From Dehalococcoidia bacterium (GTDB taxonomy: Bacteria > Chloroflexota > Dehalococcoidia > Dehalococcoidales > S120): a DNA stretch of 44,318 bases. Numbering within the stretch: the stretch's first letter is position 1; each line of letters starts with the position of its first letter. The position numbers were made by a program, and so were the translations under genes. Positions 30,102 through 38,406 of the stretch are shown here, one piece after another. The stretch lies in the NCBI GenBank assembly GCA_011192075.1, contig DUER01000139.1:1-44318 (forward strand), given 5' to 3'. The notes beneath the pieces were generated by a model. That model was given only the letters and a program-made list of their open reading frames with translations, ran no database searches and was not told the DNA's origin.

Positions 30102-31047
30102 GATAGCAACGAAGTATGTTATCACCGTCTACACGGTAGATGAAGTCTAAATTTCTTAGCTCATCAACCCCTAACTCTTCTATTGCCTCAGTGATGTATT
30201 GGTCTGGGGCATCAGTGTCTCTGTCCAGAATCAATATATGATATTGCGCCCAACGTTTTTCAAACTTTCTTACCGCGTTAGTCAGAACCATATAAACGCA
30301 TTCTGCTACCGATTCCCTAATTGCCCTAGCTGGCGTACATGTCCAAATTTGTACTGCTCCGGAGTCCTTCTCTTCACTAATGCCATCTGGTAGTCTTTCT
30401 AATTCCCATTCCTCGTCCCAATCGAAAGGTTTAGTTATTCCGCATAATGGACTTTCACATGCCGCCACAACCGCATCTTGAAAAGCCTTTTTGCACTCTT
30501 CAGTTACAAAAGAATGTTCTAATCCCTTGTCCACGAGCATGTATCTACCTTTTATTTTCTCCATTACTGGAGTTAACAATTCTGATATTGGACCAGCATG
30601 TAAACAATATATTGAAGGCGATGCAGTTTCACTACCGCGTGAAACATACCCACTACGCGGCACTTTAATTGCCCCTGTTTCATCTTGCTCAAGAGAAGGA
30701 GCTACGCGTTCAATCTCGCGCTTGATATGTTTGAACAGTTTGATATCCATGGGTAGATGAAAATTGACGGGAGGTGTAAGTGTATAGTACCCGCCACAAC
30801 TTGGGACCAGGTGCCTTTCACAGTGCAGAAGGTATTTGTAATAGTTCTGAGATACCGAATCCCCAGTTAACCGTTTGACCTCGATGGCAGCGGAAATGTC
30901 TCCATTGTTAACTATGACCTCTGGTGTGGGTTCTTCAGGATAAAGTTCATCGAGGACATGGTCAATAGTCCAACCTCCTCCAAGTATGGAGGAGAGATGG
31001 TCGCACGTCAGTTTAATGCAGTGAGATTCTTGCTCCGAAAGTGACAT
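30076..31047 (-). CDS. Hypothetical protein, possible PD-(D/E)XK nuclease fold
   Basis: TPEVIVNNGDISAAIEVKRL resembles P(D/E)...ExK, and the C-terminus has a KFEKRWAQYHILILD strand. Start is ATG 31047 or TTG 31065. Confidence 0.6.
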   Translation of the reverse strand: MSLSEQESHCIKLTCDHLSSILGGGWTIDHVLDELYPEEPTPEVIVNNGDISAAIEVKRLTGDSVSQNYYKYLLHCERHLVPSCGGYYTLTPPVNFHLPMDIKLFKHIKREIERVAPSLEQDETGAIKVPRSGYVSRGSETASPSIYCLHAGPISELLTPVMEKIKGRYMLVDKGLEHSFVTEECKKAFQDAVVAACESPLCGITKPFDWDEEWELERLPDGISEEKDSGAVQIWTCTPARAIRESVAECVYMVLTNAVRKFEKRWAQYHILILDRDTDAPDQYITEAIEELGVDELRNLDFIYRVDGDNILRCYPAAIKRSA

Positions 31048-31119
31048 TTCAGATGCCGCTAACAATATATTTATCGATTATATTGTAAGGCGGCAGATAA
31101 AAAAAGAAAAGAAGGAGAC

Positions 31120-31168
31120 TGGCCGCCCGAGTAGGATTCTAACTTATAACCTAGCGGTTAACAGCCGC
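31120..31168 (-). pseudogene. Degenerate 3' half of tRNA-Asn(GTT), att-like remnant
   Basis: Minus strand GCGG-CTGTTAA-CCGC anticodon arm, mutated T-arm ATAAG-TTAGAAT-CCTAC and 3' CCA. No D-arm or 5' acceptor strand. Confidence 0.8.
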
Positions 31169-31234
31169 GATAAAAAGGTCCGCTTAATATCACGCCTAAA
31201 GGTCATACTTGAGGAATCAGGTCAAAAAAGGAAC
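31162..31234. repeat. 73-bp inverted repeat, right arm
   Basis: CAGCCGCGATAAAAAGGTCC...CAAAAAAGGAAC. Its first 7 bp overlap the tRNA-Asn anticodon arm. Confidence 0.93.
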
Positions 31235-31321
31235 GTTAGTAGTGAACTACTACTCCCCTATCCTCCAAGGCTCCAGTCTTAATTACAAAGGTAGTGACCA
31301 AGAGACCAATTTTGAGTTATA

Positions 31322-31675
31322 ATGAATAGAGTGAAGGAACTTTACAAATGAGGACATGGAACAAAAGAGGATTATTTTGCCGACTACGTTGCTCTACAGA
31401 GAGAACTAAGACAATTAAAATCTAATGAGCCAAAACCAGAAATGCTGGAGAAGTTCGCTGAGTTTCTTAAGAATGTAGCCCTAGCTTGGGATAAAGCCTC
31501 ACAGGAATAAGGGAACCGCATAGCTAGCTGTCTACTTGAGATGGTTTGGATTAAAGATAAAAAAGTTGTAGCAGTAACGCCACGGCCTGAATTCAAGCCT
31601 TTCTTCGATCTGCAGTGTAAGGGATTGTCACACTATGTATTGCACTGGCGACCCCGAGGGGATTTGAACCCCTGA
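31322..31675 (+). pseudogene. C-terminal remnant of a probable large serine recombinase, reading into tRNA-Asp
   Basis: MNRVKELYK*GHGTKEDYFADYVALQREL...LAWDKASQE*GNRIASCLLEMVWIKDKKVVAVTPRPEFKPFF...WRPRGDLNP*. Two internal stops; the last codons are antisense to the tRNA 3' end. Confidence 0.68.
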
Positions 31676-31722
31676 TCTCCACCGTGACAGGGTGGCATGT
31701 TAGACCGCTACACCACGGGGCC
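31646..31722 (-). tRNA. tRNA-Asp(GTC)
   Basis: GGCCCCGTGGTGTAGCGGTCTAACATGCCACCCTGTCACGGTGGAGATCAGGGGTTCAAATCCCCTCGGGGTCGCCA folds into a full cloverleaf with encoded CCA. Confidence 0.97.
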
Positions 31723-31871
31723 GTTCTAGTTAACTAAAGTTTATCAGGAGCCATATACCGTGTCAAGCTGGCTAATACCCCCTAATAAATGACTCCCGAT
31801 TGGCGGGATATGTATTGTTTGTATTTCTCGCGTTATGGTATAATGAGTTATTACAATTTTGTGAGGAAACA

Positions 31872-32198
31872 ATGGTAGCTACGGAAGCAACAAAGGTAGA
31901 TGATTATCGGTTGCAAGACTATGAATTGGTATTAATCGTTAGTCCTGAGGTTGGGGATGAAGCTCTTGATGCTACAATAGATAATGTAAGTAAGTTTATT
32001 ACAGGAAGTGGCGGCACAATTTCCAATGTAGAACGATGGGGCAAAAGAAGACTAGCCTATCCTATTAAACATTTTAGGGAGGGTAGTTATGTGTTGACTC
32101 AGTTTAGATTAAAGCCTGTATTAAGCAAAGAGTTCGAAACCAACTTACGGATTTCTGAGGAGGTTTTGCGGCATCTGTTGGTAAAATTGGGTAGTTAA
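31872..32198 (+). CDS. rpsF: 30S ribosomal protein S6
   Basis: YELVLIVSP, WGKRRLAYPI and VLRHL. ATG 31872 follows GAGG. Confidence 0.95.
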   Translation: MVATEATKVDDYRLQDYELVLIVSPEVGDEALDATIDNVSKFITGSGGTISNVERWGKRRLAYPIKHFREGSYVLTQFRLKPVLSKEFETNLRISEEVLRHLLVKLGS

Positions 32199-32255
32199 TT
32201 AGCGGATATGCCTGTTTCCCACCGGTGTTTGGGATGGGAAAGGAGTTTTAGGACA

Positions 32256-32663
32256 ATGGCAAGCTTAAACAAAGTTATGATTATAGGTAATCTTGGGAGT
32301 GAACCTGAAATGCGCTTTACGCCAAGCGGTAATCCTGTAACTTCTTTTCGTGTTGCTACTAACCGAGTATACAATACTCCCGAGGGCGAGCGTAAGGAGG
32401 AGACGGAGTGGTTTACTGTGATTACTTGGGGTAGACTAGCTGAACAATGTAATCAGTTTCTGGGTAAAGGTCGGCTCGTCTATGCTGAGGGTAGACTACG
32501 TACCCACACCTGGGAGGGCCAGGATGGTCAAAAGCATTATCGAACTGAAGTAATAGCCAACAGGGTAACATTTCTTGATAGGCAGGCAGCAGCGCCTCTT
32601 CCTGAAGAGAAGGTTGAGGAACTTGGAAGCGGTGAGTTGGGGCCAGAGGATATCCCATTCTAG
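32256..32663 (+). CDS. ssb: Single-stranded DNA-binding protein
   Basis: LNKVMIIGNLG, VYAEGRL and C-terminal EDIPF. Confidence 0.97.
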   Translation: MASLNKVMIIGNLGSEPEMRFTPSGNPVTSFRVATNRVYNTPEGERKEETEWFTVITWGRLAEQCNQFLGKGRLVYAEGRLRTHTWEGQDGQKHYRTEVIANRVTFLDRQAAAPLPEEKVEELGSGELGPEDIPF

Positions 32664-32688
32664 GTGGAAAGTAGGAAGTTTATAACTA

Positions 32689-32985
32689 TTGGTTAGTCGG
32701 AGATTTACAAAGTCGAGTGGAGCAAGAAGGGCAAGATATGCACCCAAGCGTAGGGTTTGTCAATTTTGTAGTGATGGGGTTGACGTGATAGATTATAAAG
32801 ACCCTGCCAAATTACATCGCTACATATCGGATAGAGGGAAGATCGAGCCTCGTCGTAGAACTGGTAGTTGCGCTAAACATCAGCGTGCCTTGGCCAGAGC
32901 TATAAAGAGAGCGCGACACTTAGCCTTATTACCATATGCCCCAGCTCATATTCGTAAGATGAGTGGTGTTGGCCTAAGTGATTAG
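32689..32985 (+). CDS. rpsR: 30S ribosomal protein S18 (Zn-binding form)
   Basis: CQFC, IDYKD and [17 protein letters not shown]. Confidence 0.96.
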   Translation: MVSRRFTKSSGARRARYAPKRRVCQFCSDGVDVIDYKDPAKLHRYISDRGKIEPRRRTGSCAKHQRALARAIKRARHLALLPYAPAHIRKMSGVGLSD

Positions 32986-33089
32986 TTTGCTATTAAGAAG
33001 GGGAAGATAGTCTCCTTAGAGGGGCTACTCGCCTTCAATTCCCCATGGTGATGAAGAAAGGTTAATTTTTTACTTGTTACGGGGTTAGA

Positions 33090-33230
33090 GTGCCAAAAAG
33101 GACTTATCAACCGAAGAGGATTCCGAGGAAGCGAGAGCATGGCTTCCGGGCGAGAATGAGCACCCGAGGCGGACGGGCTGTCTTAAAAGCTAGGCGACTC
33201 AAAGGTCGCAAGAGACTGACTGTAGTATAA
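33090..33230 (+). CDS. rpmH: 50S ribosomal protein L34
   Basis: Not in the ORF track. GTG start gives [46 protein letters not shown]. Confidence 0.96.
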   Translation: MPKRTYQPKRIPRKREHGFRARMSTRGGRAVLKARRLKGRKRLTVV

Positions 33231-33333
33231 CGCGGGGAGCATCGCTGTTACTAAAATTATTTAGCAACCGACCCCTTTTAACCCACCTTGATAAATTATC
33301 TTCTTATTGGTAAACTGGCTGGGAGTGCAGGTA

Positions 33334-33696
33334 ATGCGGGGGGAAAGATACCTTACTAAGCCGGAGCAGTATACCCGAGTCTATAATGGGGGCAGCTCTT
33401 GGGCAAATGGCTTGCTGGTGATGAAGGCTTTACCTAATGGGCTCACCTTATCTAAGTATGGCATCTCGGTTAGCAAACGAGTAGGTAAGGCAGTGGTCAG
33501 AAATAGGGTGAAGCGTTTGCTTCGTGAAATCTTACGAGTAACGCAGCTTAAGTCAGGGTGGGATATTATACTTATTGCACGTCCGGCGGCAGGTAGAGCC
33601 GATTATCTTAGTCTTGAGAAATCGGTTAGTGATTTGTTATCCCGCGCGCGATTATTGGTGAGGGAAGATGACAGAGTTCGCCTTAAAATTGATTAG
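33334..33696 (+). CDS. rnpA: Ribonuclease P protein component
   Basis: [23 protein letters not shown]. Confidence 0.95.
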   Translation: MRGERYLTKPEQYTRVYNGGSSWANGLLVMKALPNGLTLSKYGISVSKRVGKAVVRNRVKRLLREILRVTQLKSGWDIILIARPAAGRADYLSLEKSVSDLLSRARLLVREDDRVRLKID

Positions 33697-33877
33697 ACTT
33701 TATCAGTTAACCATATCACAGGTTATGCCACCATCCTGTCGCTTCACCCCGACCTGCTCTCAATATACCTGGGAAGCCATCTCAAAATATGGTTTTTTTA
33801 AAGGGGTATGGATGGGAGTAAGGCGACTGGCTCGTTGTCATCCCTTCCACGCCGGTGGCTACGACCCAGTGCTATAA
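33668..33877 (+). CDS. yidD: Membrane protein insertion efficiency factor
   Basis: [10 protein letters not shown] and [13 protein letters not shown]. Confidence 0.95.
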   Translation: MTEFALKLIRLYQLTISQVMPPSCRFTPTCSQYTWEAISKYGFFKGVWMGVRRLARCHPFHAGGYDPVL

Positions 33878-33897
33878 GGATTAGGTGTTCGGAGAAT

Positions 33898-35034
33898 ATG
33901 ATTAAGAAATTATTTATTAGCCTCCTGGTTGTGCTTCTCTTGGGAGGGCTAACTACTGGCTGTGCCATGCAGGACCAGCCCGAGGGTTGGTCAGGGGGGG
34001 TAGTGGTTAATGGCACTCTATTTTTGGGGTCTATGGATGGCAAGCTGGTAGCTATTGATGTATCAAGTCATAACCGCTTGAGACCTGATGTCACTCTGGA
34101 AACCTCAAAACCATCCGGCGGCTTTTTGGGCGGTTGTGCGTCGGGATCTACCGCAGTAGCCGTATATGGTACTCCAGCAGTATCGGAAGATTTGGTTTAT
34201 GTTGGTGGCTATAACGGTAAGATTTATGCCCTTAGTTCTAGTTCAGGTGCATTGCGGTGGGTGTATCCCCGGGAAGGTAATCTAGACCCCATTGTTGGTG
34301 GACCGGTAGTAGCTTCGGGCAAGGTCTATTTTGGCTGTTCTGATGGTAAGGTCTACGCCTTGGATGCTGAGACTGGCGATAAAGAATGGGAGGAGTTTGA
34401 AACCGGAGATAAGATTTGGTCAACTCCAGCAATTGATGGCGACACGCTGTATATCGGTTCCTTTGATAACAAGCTCTATGCTTTAGATGCTATTACTGGC
34501 AAAGAAAAATGGGAGAAGCCTTATGAGACTCAGGGGGCCATTGCTTGCACTCCCTTAGTCTATAATAATACGGTTTACTTTGGCTCTTTTGATAGGTATT
34601 TTTATGCGGTGGATGCTACCGGTGGCAGCCTGAGATGGCGGTCAGAAGTTGAAGCTGGTAGCTGGTTCTGGGCAAAGCCGGTGGTTTACAATAATACTAT
34701 CTATGCTGGAAATCTGGATGGTAAGGTTTATGTCTTAAATGCTAAAACTGGACTAGAAAAAGTAGACCCTATTGATTTCGAGAGCCCGATTTCTTCCTCG
34801 CCAGTTCTGGTTGGTAGCTTGGTTATTGTTACTTCAGAGGAAGGCAAGGTATACACTCTGGACACTAGCAATAATCAGAAGAATGAGTTAAAAAATCTTG
34901 GAGCAAAGACGAGTGCTCCTCTTTTCGTCAGTGAAGGGGTGGTTTATGTTCATACTCAAGAGCCCGATACCCTTTATGCGCTGAATGTAGAGACCGGGGT
35001 GACACTGTGGAGCCTTCTATTAAGTAGTAAGTGA
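33898..35034 (+). CDS. PQQ-like beta-propeller repeat lipoprotein (BamB-like)
   Basis: Signal peptide with TTGC, and repeated blades of the form P..VYxGSxDGKxYALDAxTGxxxW. ATG 33898 is preferred. Confidence 0.88.
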   Translation: MIKKLFISLLVVLLLGGLTTGCAMQDQPEGWSGGVVVNGTLFLGSMDGKLVAIDVSSHNRLRPDVTLETSKPSGGFLGGCASGSTAVAVYGTPAVSEDLVYVGGYNGKIYALSSSSGALRWVYPREGNLDPIVGGPVVASGKVYFGCSDGKVYALDAETGDKEWEEFETGDKIWSTPAIDGDTLYIGSFDNKLYALDAITGKEKWEKPYETQGAIACTPLVYNNTVYFGSFDRYFYAVDATGGSLRWRSEVEAGSWFWAKPVVYNNTIYAGNLDGKVYVLNAKTGLEKVDPIDFESPISSSPVLVGSLVIVTSEEGKVYTLDTSNNQKNELKNLGAKTSAPLFVSEGVVYVHTQEPDTLYALNVETGVTLWSLLLSSK

Positions 35035-35045
35035 GGTTGGTTTAA

Positions 35046-35993
35046 TTGGGAATAGGGGAGATTTGGAATTTAATTGCTGTGCAGCCAATGACAAATGTTC
35101 TCATTGTGCTGTCTGATTATCTATTTAATAACTTTGGGCTGGCTATTATTGCGCTAACTATTGTTGTTAATGTTGCGATGTATCCGCTTACTATGAAGCA
35201 AGTTCGGGCTACCAAAGCTATGCAAGCCATTCAACCAAAGCTGGCTGAGCTCAAGAAGAAGTATGGCAAGGATAAGGAAAGAATGGGTCGAGAGCAGATG
35301 AAGCTATATAAGGAGTCAGGAATGAGCCCTGCCGGCTGCGTGGTGCCAATGCTAGTTCAAATGCCCATCTGGATAGCTCTTTTCTACTCAATTAGAGGCC
35401 TTCTACCCCTGGCTCCGGAAGGTTTATTGAAACTGTCTCAGCTTCTTTATTCGTGGGATGTAGTATATTCTATGGTACCCTTAGGTGAAGGGTTCCTATG
35501 GTTGAACCTAGCTGTACCCGATAGCATTCTTGTACTGCCTATTCTGGTTGGGGGCACCATGTGGGTGCAGCAGAAGATGACGATGACACCGACTGCTGAC
35601 CCCAAGCAGCAGGCACAGAGTAGGATGATGCTGTGGCTGATGCCACTGTTGTTTGCCTTCATTACCTTACAATTTCCCAGTGGTCTGGCTCTCTTCTGGG
35701 TGACTTCAAGTGTTATCAGGATTGCTATCCAATACTTTGTTACCGGATGGGGAGGCTTGATTTCAACAGCGGCTAAGAAGCAAGTTACCAGGGATAGAAG
35801 GTATAAGGAACGAATCGCCCAGGTAGAGGAAGCGCCTTCGGATGATGTTGAAGTTACTAAAGAGGAGGAAGGATTGGATTATGGAAAACCTGGAGATAAG
35901 CGCCAAGACCGTGGAGGAGGCTACCCAACGCGCTCTAGAGCAACTAAGCCTCAGCCAAGACGAGGTAGAGGTCACCGTCCTAAAAGAAGGTAG
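35046..35993 (+). CDS. yidC: Membrane protein insertase YidC (short monoderm type)
   Basis: GLAIIALT, MKLYKESG, GCVPMLVQMPI, FLWLNL and PSGLALFW. Confidence 0.94.
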   Translation: MGIGEIWNLIAVQPMTNVLIVLSDYLFNNFGLAIIALTIVVNVAMYPLTMKQVRATKAMQAIQPKLAELKKKYGKDKERMGREQMKLYKESGMSPAGCVVPMLVQMPIWIALFYSIRGLLPLAPEGLLKLSQLLYSWDVVYSMVPLGEGFLWLNLAVPDSILVLPILVGGTMWVQQKMTMTPTADPKQQAQSRMMLWLMPLLFAFITLQFPSGLALFWVTSSVIRIAIQYFVTGWGGLISTAAKKQVTRDRRYKERIAQVEEAPSDDVEVTKEEEGLDYGKPGDKRQDRGGGYPTRSRATKPQPRRGRGHRPKRR

Positions 35994-36594
35994 GGCTGGT
36001 GTCCTGGGTCTGGGTGCTGAGGAGGCCAGGATTAGTGTGAGGCCATTAGTGCCCACAGTGCCCACACCTGGGGGAGAGGGTGATATTGCTGAGACAGCTA
36101 AAAGTGTTATTGAAAGGCTTCTTACTGCGATGGGGGTGGCTGCTTCTGTTGTGCCTTATGCCCAACCCTTTATTGAGGGGGAGGAGACAGCCCCTACTCC
36201 CATTGCCTTTGATATAAAGGGTAATGACTTGGGTATTTTGATTGGGCGGCGTGGACAGACCCTTTCTTGCCTCCAGTATATAGTCAGGCTTATTGCATCT
36301 CATCAGACGAAGGTTGGGGTACCGATAACTATCGATGTAGAAGGCTATAAGCAGCGCCGCCATGAGTCCTTGCGAGCTTTGGCTCAGCGTCTGGCGGAAC
36401 AGGTGAAGGTTAAGAAAGTACCCTTTACCTTAGAGCCTATGCCGGCTTACGAGAGGCGTATTATCCACCTTACTTTAGCTGGTCACCCCGATGTTGTCAC
36501 TAATAGTATTGGTGTCGGCGAGGCCCGTAAGGTAGTCATTGCACCCAAAGAGCAACAGCCTATTAGCTCCAATGATATTGCATTGACAGAATGA
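35881..36594 (+). CDS. jag: RNA-binding protein Jag/KhpB/EloR
   Basis: ISAKTVEEA, KH motif LIGRRGQTL and R3H motif ERRIIH. Confidence 0.95.
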   Translation: MENLEISAKTVEEATQRALEQLSLSQDEVEVTVLKEGRAGVLGLGAEEARISVRPLVPTVPTPGGEGDIAETAKSVIERLLTAMGVAASVVPYAQPFIEGEETAPTPIAFDIKGNDLGILIGRRGQTLSCLQYIVRLIASHQTKVGVPITIDVEGYKQRRHESLRALAQRLAEQVKVKKVPFTLEPMPAYERRIIHLTLAGHPDVVTNSIGVGEARKVVIAPKEQQPISSNDIALTE

Positions 36595-36618
36595 GTGCCC
36601 TTGCTTGACAATAGATAG

Positions 36619-36696
36619 GTGCTTGCTATATTGTGGCAAAAGGGCTGAAGGTGGGATTTCGGACTTTCCAATCCGTCCCCACAGGGACGGTTTTTT
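36619..36696 (+). promoter_or_regulatory. Candidate attenuator in the ilvD leader
   Basis: Terminator CCGTCCC-CACA-GGGACGG-T6, a mutually exclusive helix GGGA(TTT)CGGA/TCCG-TCCC, and a 9-codon ORF (V/M)LAILWQKG. Confidence 0.5.
36673..36696 (+). terminator. Intrinsic terminator upstream of ilvD
   Basis: 7-bp GC-rich stem, 4-nt loop and six T. Confidence 0.85.
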
Positions 36697-36725
36697 AATT
36701 ACTGCGGTGAAGGAAGCGGGAATAT

Positions 36726-38393
36726 ATGAAAAGTAATGCCATTAAAAGAGGCATAGAGCGGGCGCCACATCGGTCTTTATTACACGCTGTGGGTGTGACG
36801 CGAGCGGAAATGGATAAACCTTTTGTAGGAATCGTTAACAGCTTTAGCGAGATTGTCCCGGGGCATATCCATCTAAGAGACATTGCTGAAGCAGTTAAGG
36901 CGGGGGTGCGGAGTGGGGGGGGGATTCCCTTTGAGGTTAATACCATTGCTGTCTGTGACGGTATTGCTATGAATCACCCAGGTATGAAATATAGTCTGCC
37001 CAGCCGAGAACTAATAGCTGACTCAGTGGAGATAGTGGCTGAGGCTCATGCCTTTGATGCCTTAGTCTTTATCCCTAACTGTGACAAAATAGTCCCTGGG
37101 ATGCTTATGGCAGCAGTGAGGCTGAATGTGCCGGCTATCTTCATCAGCGGTGGTCCGATGCTGGCTGGTGGCTACCTGGGGAGTAACGGTAAGATGAAAA
37201 AGGTTGATCTCAGCTCCGTCTTTGAGGCGGTGGGGAAGGTGGCTAAGGGGGGAATGAGTCAGGAAGAATTAGAACGGTTGGAGGAGATTGCCTGCCCCGG
37301 TTGCGGTAGCTGTTCGGGAATGTTTACTGCCAATACCATGAATTGTGCTACTGAGGCTCTAGGCATGGGGCTACCTGGTAATGGGACTATCCCGGCTATT
37401 GAGGCTAGGCGGCGGCAGTTAGCTAAGGAAGCCGGGCAGCAGGTTATGGAGCTACTGGCTAACAATATTCGTCCGCAAGATATTGTTACTAAAGCCTCTA
37501 TCCATAATGCCTTTACCGTTGATATGGCTTTGGGTGGTAGCACCAATTCAGTTTTGCACCTTATGGCAATAGCTCATGAGGCTGGGGTTGATTTTTCCCT
37601 GCCGATGGTTAACGAGATAAGTGAGTGCACTCCTCATCTATCCAGGTTAAGACCAGCCGGTGATTATCATTTGGAGGACTTAGACCGGGCTGGAGGCGTA
37701 TCGGCAGTAATGAAAGAGCTCGAAGGGCTATTAAACTTGGAGTTAAAAACAGTGTCGGGGAAATCGGTGGCTGAGATTATCGCTGACTGCCGGGTTATGG
37801 ATAAAGAGGTTATCCGCTCCATGACCGATGCTTACTCACCTAGAGGAGGCATCGCTATCCTTTTCGGTAATTTGGCATCGGAAGGCGCTGTGGTGAAGAG
37901 GGCGGCAGTGGCTCCTGAGATGATGGTTCATCAGGGACCAGCCAGAGTTTTTGACTCTGAGGAAGAGGCTACCGCCACCATTATGAGTGGCAGCATAAAG
38001 TCGGGTGAAGTTATAGTTATTCGTTATGAAGGTCCTAAAGGAGGACCGGGGATGAGAGAGATGCTCACTCCTACTTCTCTCTTGAGTGGCATGGGTATGG
38101 ATAAAGAGGTAGCTCTTATTACTGATGGGCGTTTTTCTGGAGCCACCCGTGGTGCCGCTATTGGGCATGTCTCACCGGAGGCGGCTAGCCGGGGACCTAT
38201 TGCTGTCTTAATTAATGGGGATATAATTAAGATTGACATTCCAAATCATAAGCTCGAGGTTGAGCTTAGTGATAAGGAGATAGCTGAGCGTCTGGCTCGT
38301 CTGGCTGAGTTTGAGCCTAAAGTAAAAACCGGTTTTCTTAGGCATTACGCAGAAAAGGTAGGTTCAGCTGGCAACGGAGTCGTGTTTAGCTAG
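36726..38393 (+). CDS. ilvD: Dihydroxy-acid dehydratase
   Basis: [35 protein letters not shown] and TDGRFSG. Confidence 0.97.
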   Translation: MKSNAIKRGIERAPHRSLLHAVGVTRAEMDKPFVGIVNSFSEIVPGHIHLRDIAEAVKAGVRSGGGIPFEVNTIAVCDGIAMNHPGMKYSLPSRELIADSVEIVAEAHAFDALVFIPNCDKIVPGMLMAAVRLNVPAIFISGGPMLAGGYLGSNGKMKKVDLSSVFEAVGKVAKGGMSQEELERLEEIACPGCGSCSGMFTANTMNCATEALGMGLPGNGTIPAIEARRRQLAKEAGQQVMELLANNIRPQDIVTKASIHNAFTVDMALGGSTNSVLHLMAIAHEAGVDFSLPMVNEISECTPHLSRLRPAGDYHLEDLDRAGGVSAVMKELEGLLNLELKTVSGKSVAEIIADCRVMDKEVIRSMTDAYSPRGGIAILFGNLASEGAVVKRAAVAPEMMVHQGPARVFDSEEEATATIMSGSIKSGEVIVIRYEGPKGGPGMREMLTPTSLLSGMGMDKEVALITDGRFSGATRGAAIGHVSPEAASRGPIAVLINGDIIKIDIPNHKLEVELSDKEIAERLARLAEFEPKVKTGFLRHYAEKVGSAGNGVVFS

Positions 38394-38406
38394 TGAGGAG
38401 ACTCTT

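Noticed and set aside
28900-31234. CRISPR array or IS/MITE interpretation of the repeats
   Set aside because: Each repeat has only two copies about 1 kb apart, with no spacer periodicity, cas genes, transposase or evident target-site duplication.
31790-31871. S6:S18 ribosomal leader RNA upstream of rpsF
   Set aside because: An extended -10 (TGGTATAAT) lies only about 30 nt before the ATG, and no stem with the conserved CCC/CCR motif is evident.
36633-36696. T-box or ppGpp (ykkC) riboswitch upstream of ilvD
   Set aside because: The terminator is T-box-like, but the UGGNACC bulge and Stem I are absent, there is too little room, and no ykkC consensus is visible.
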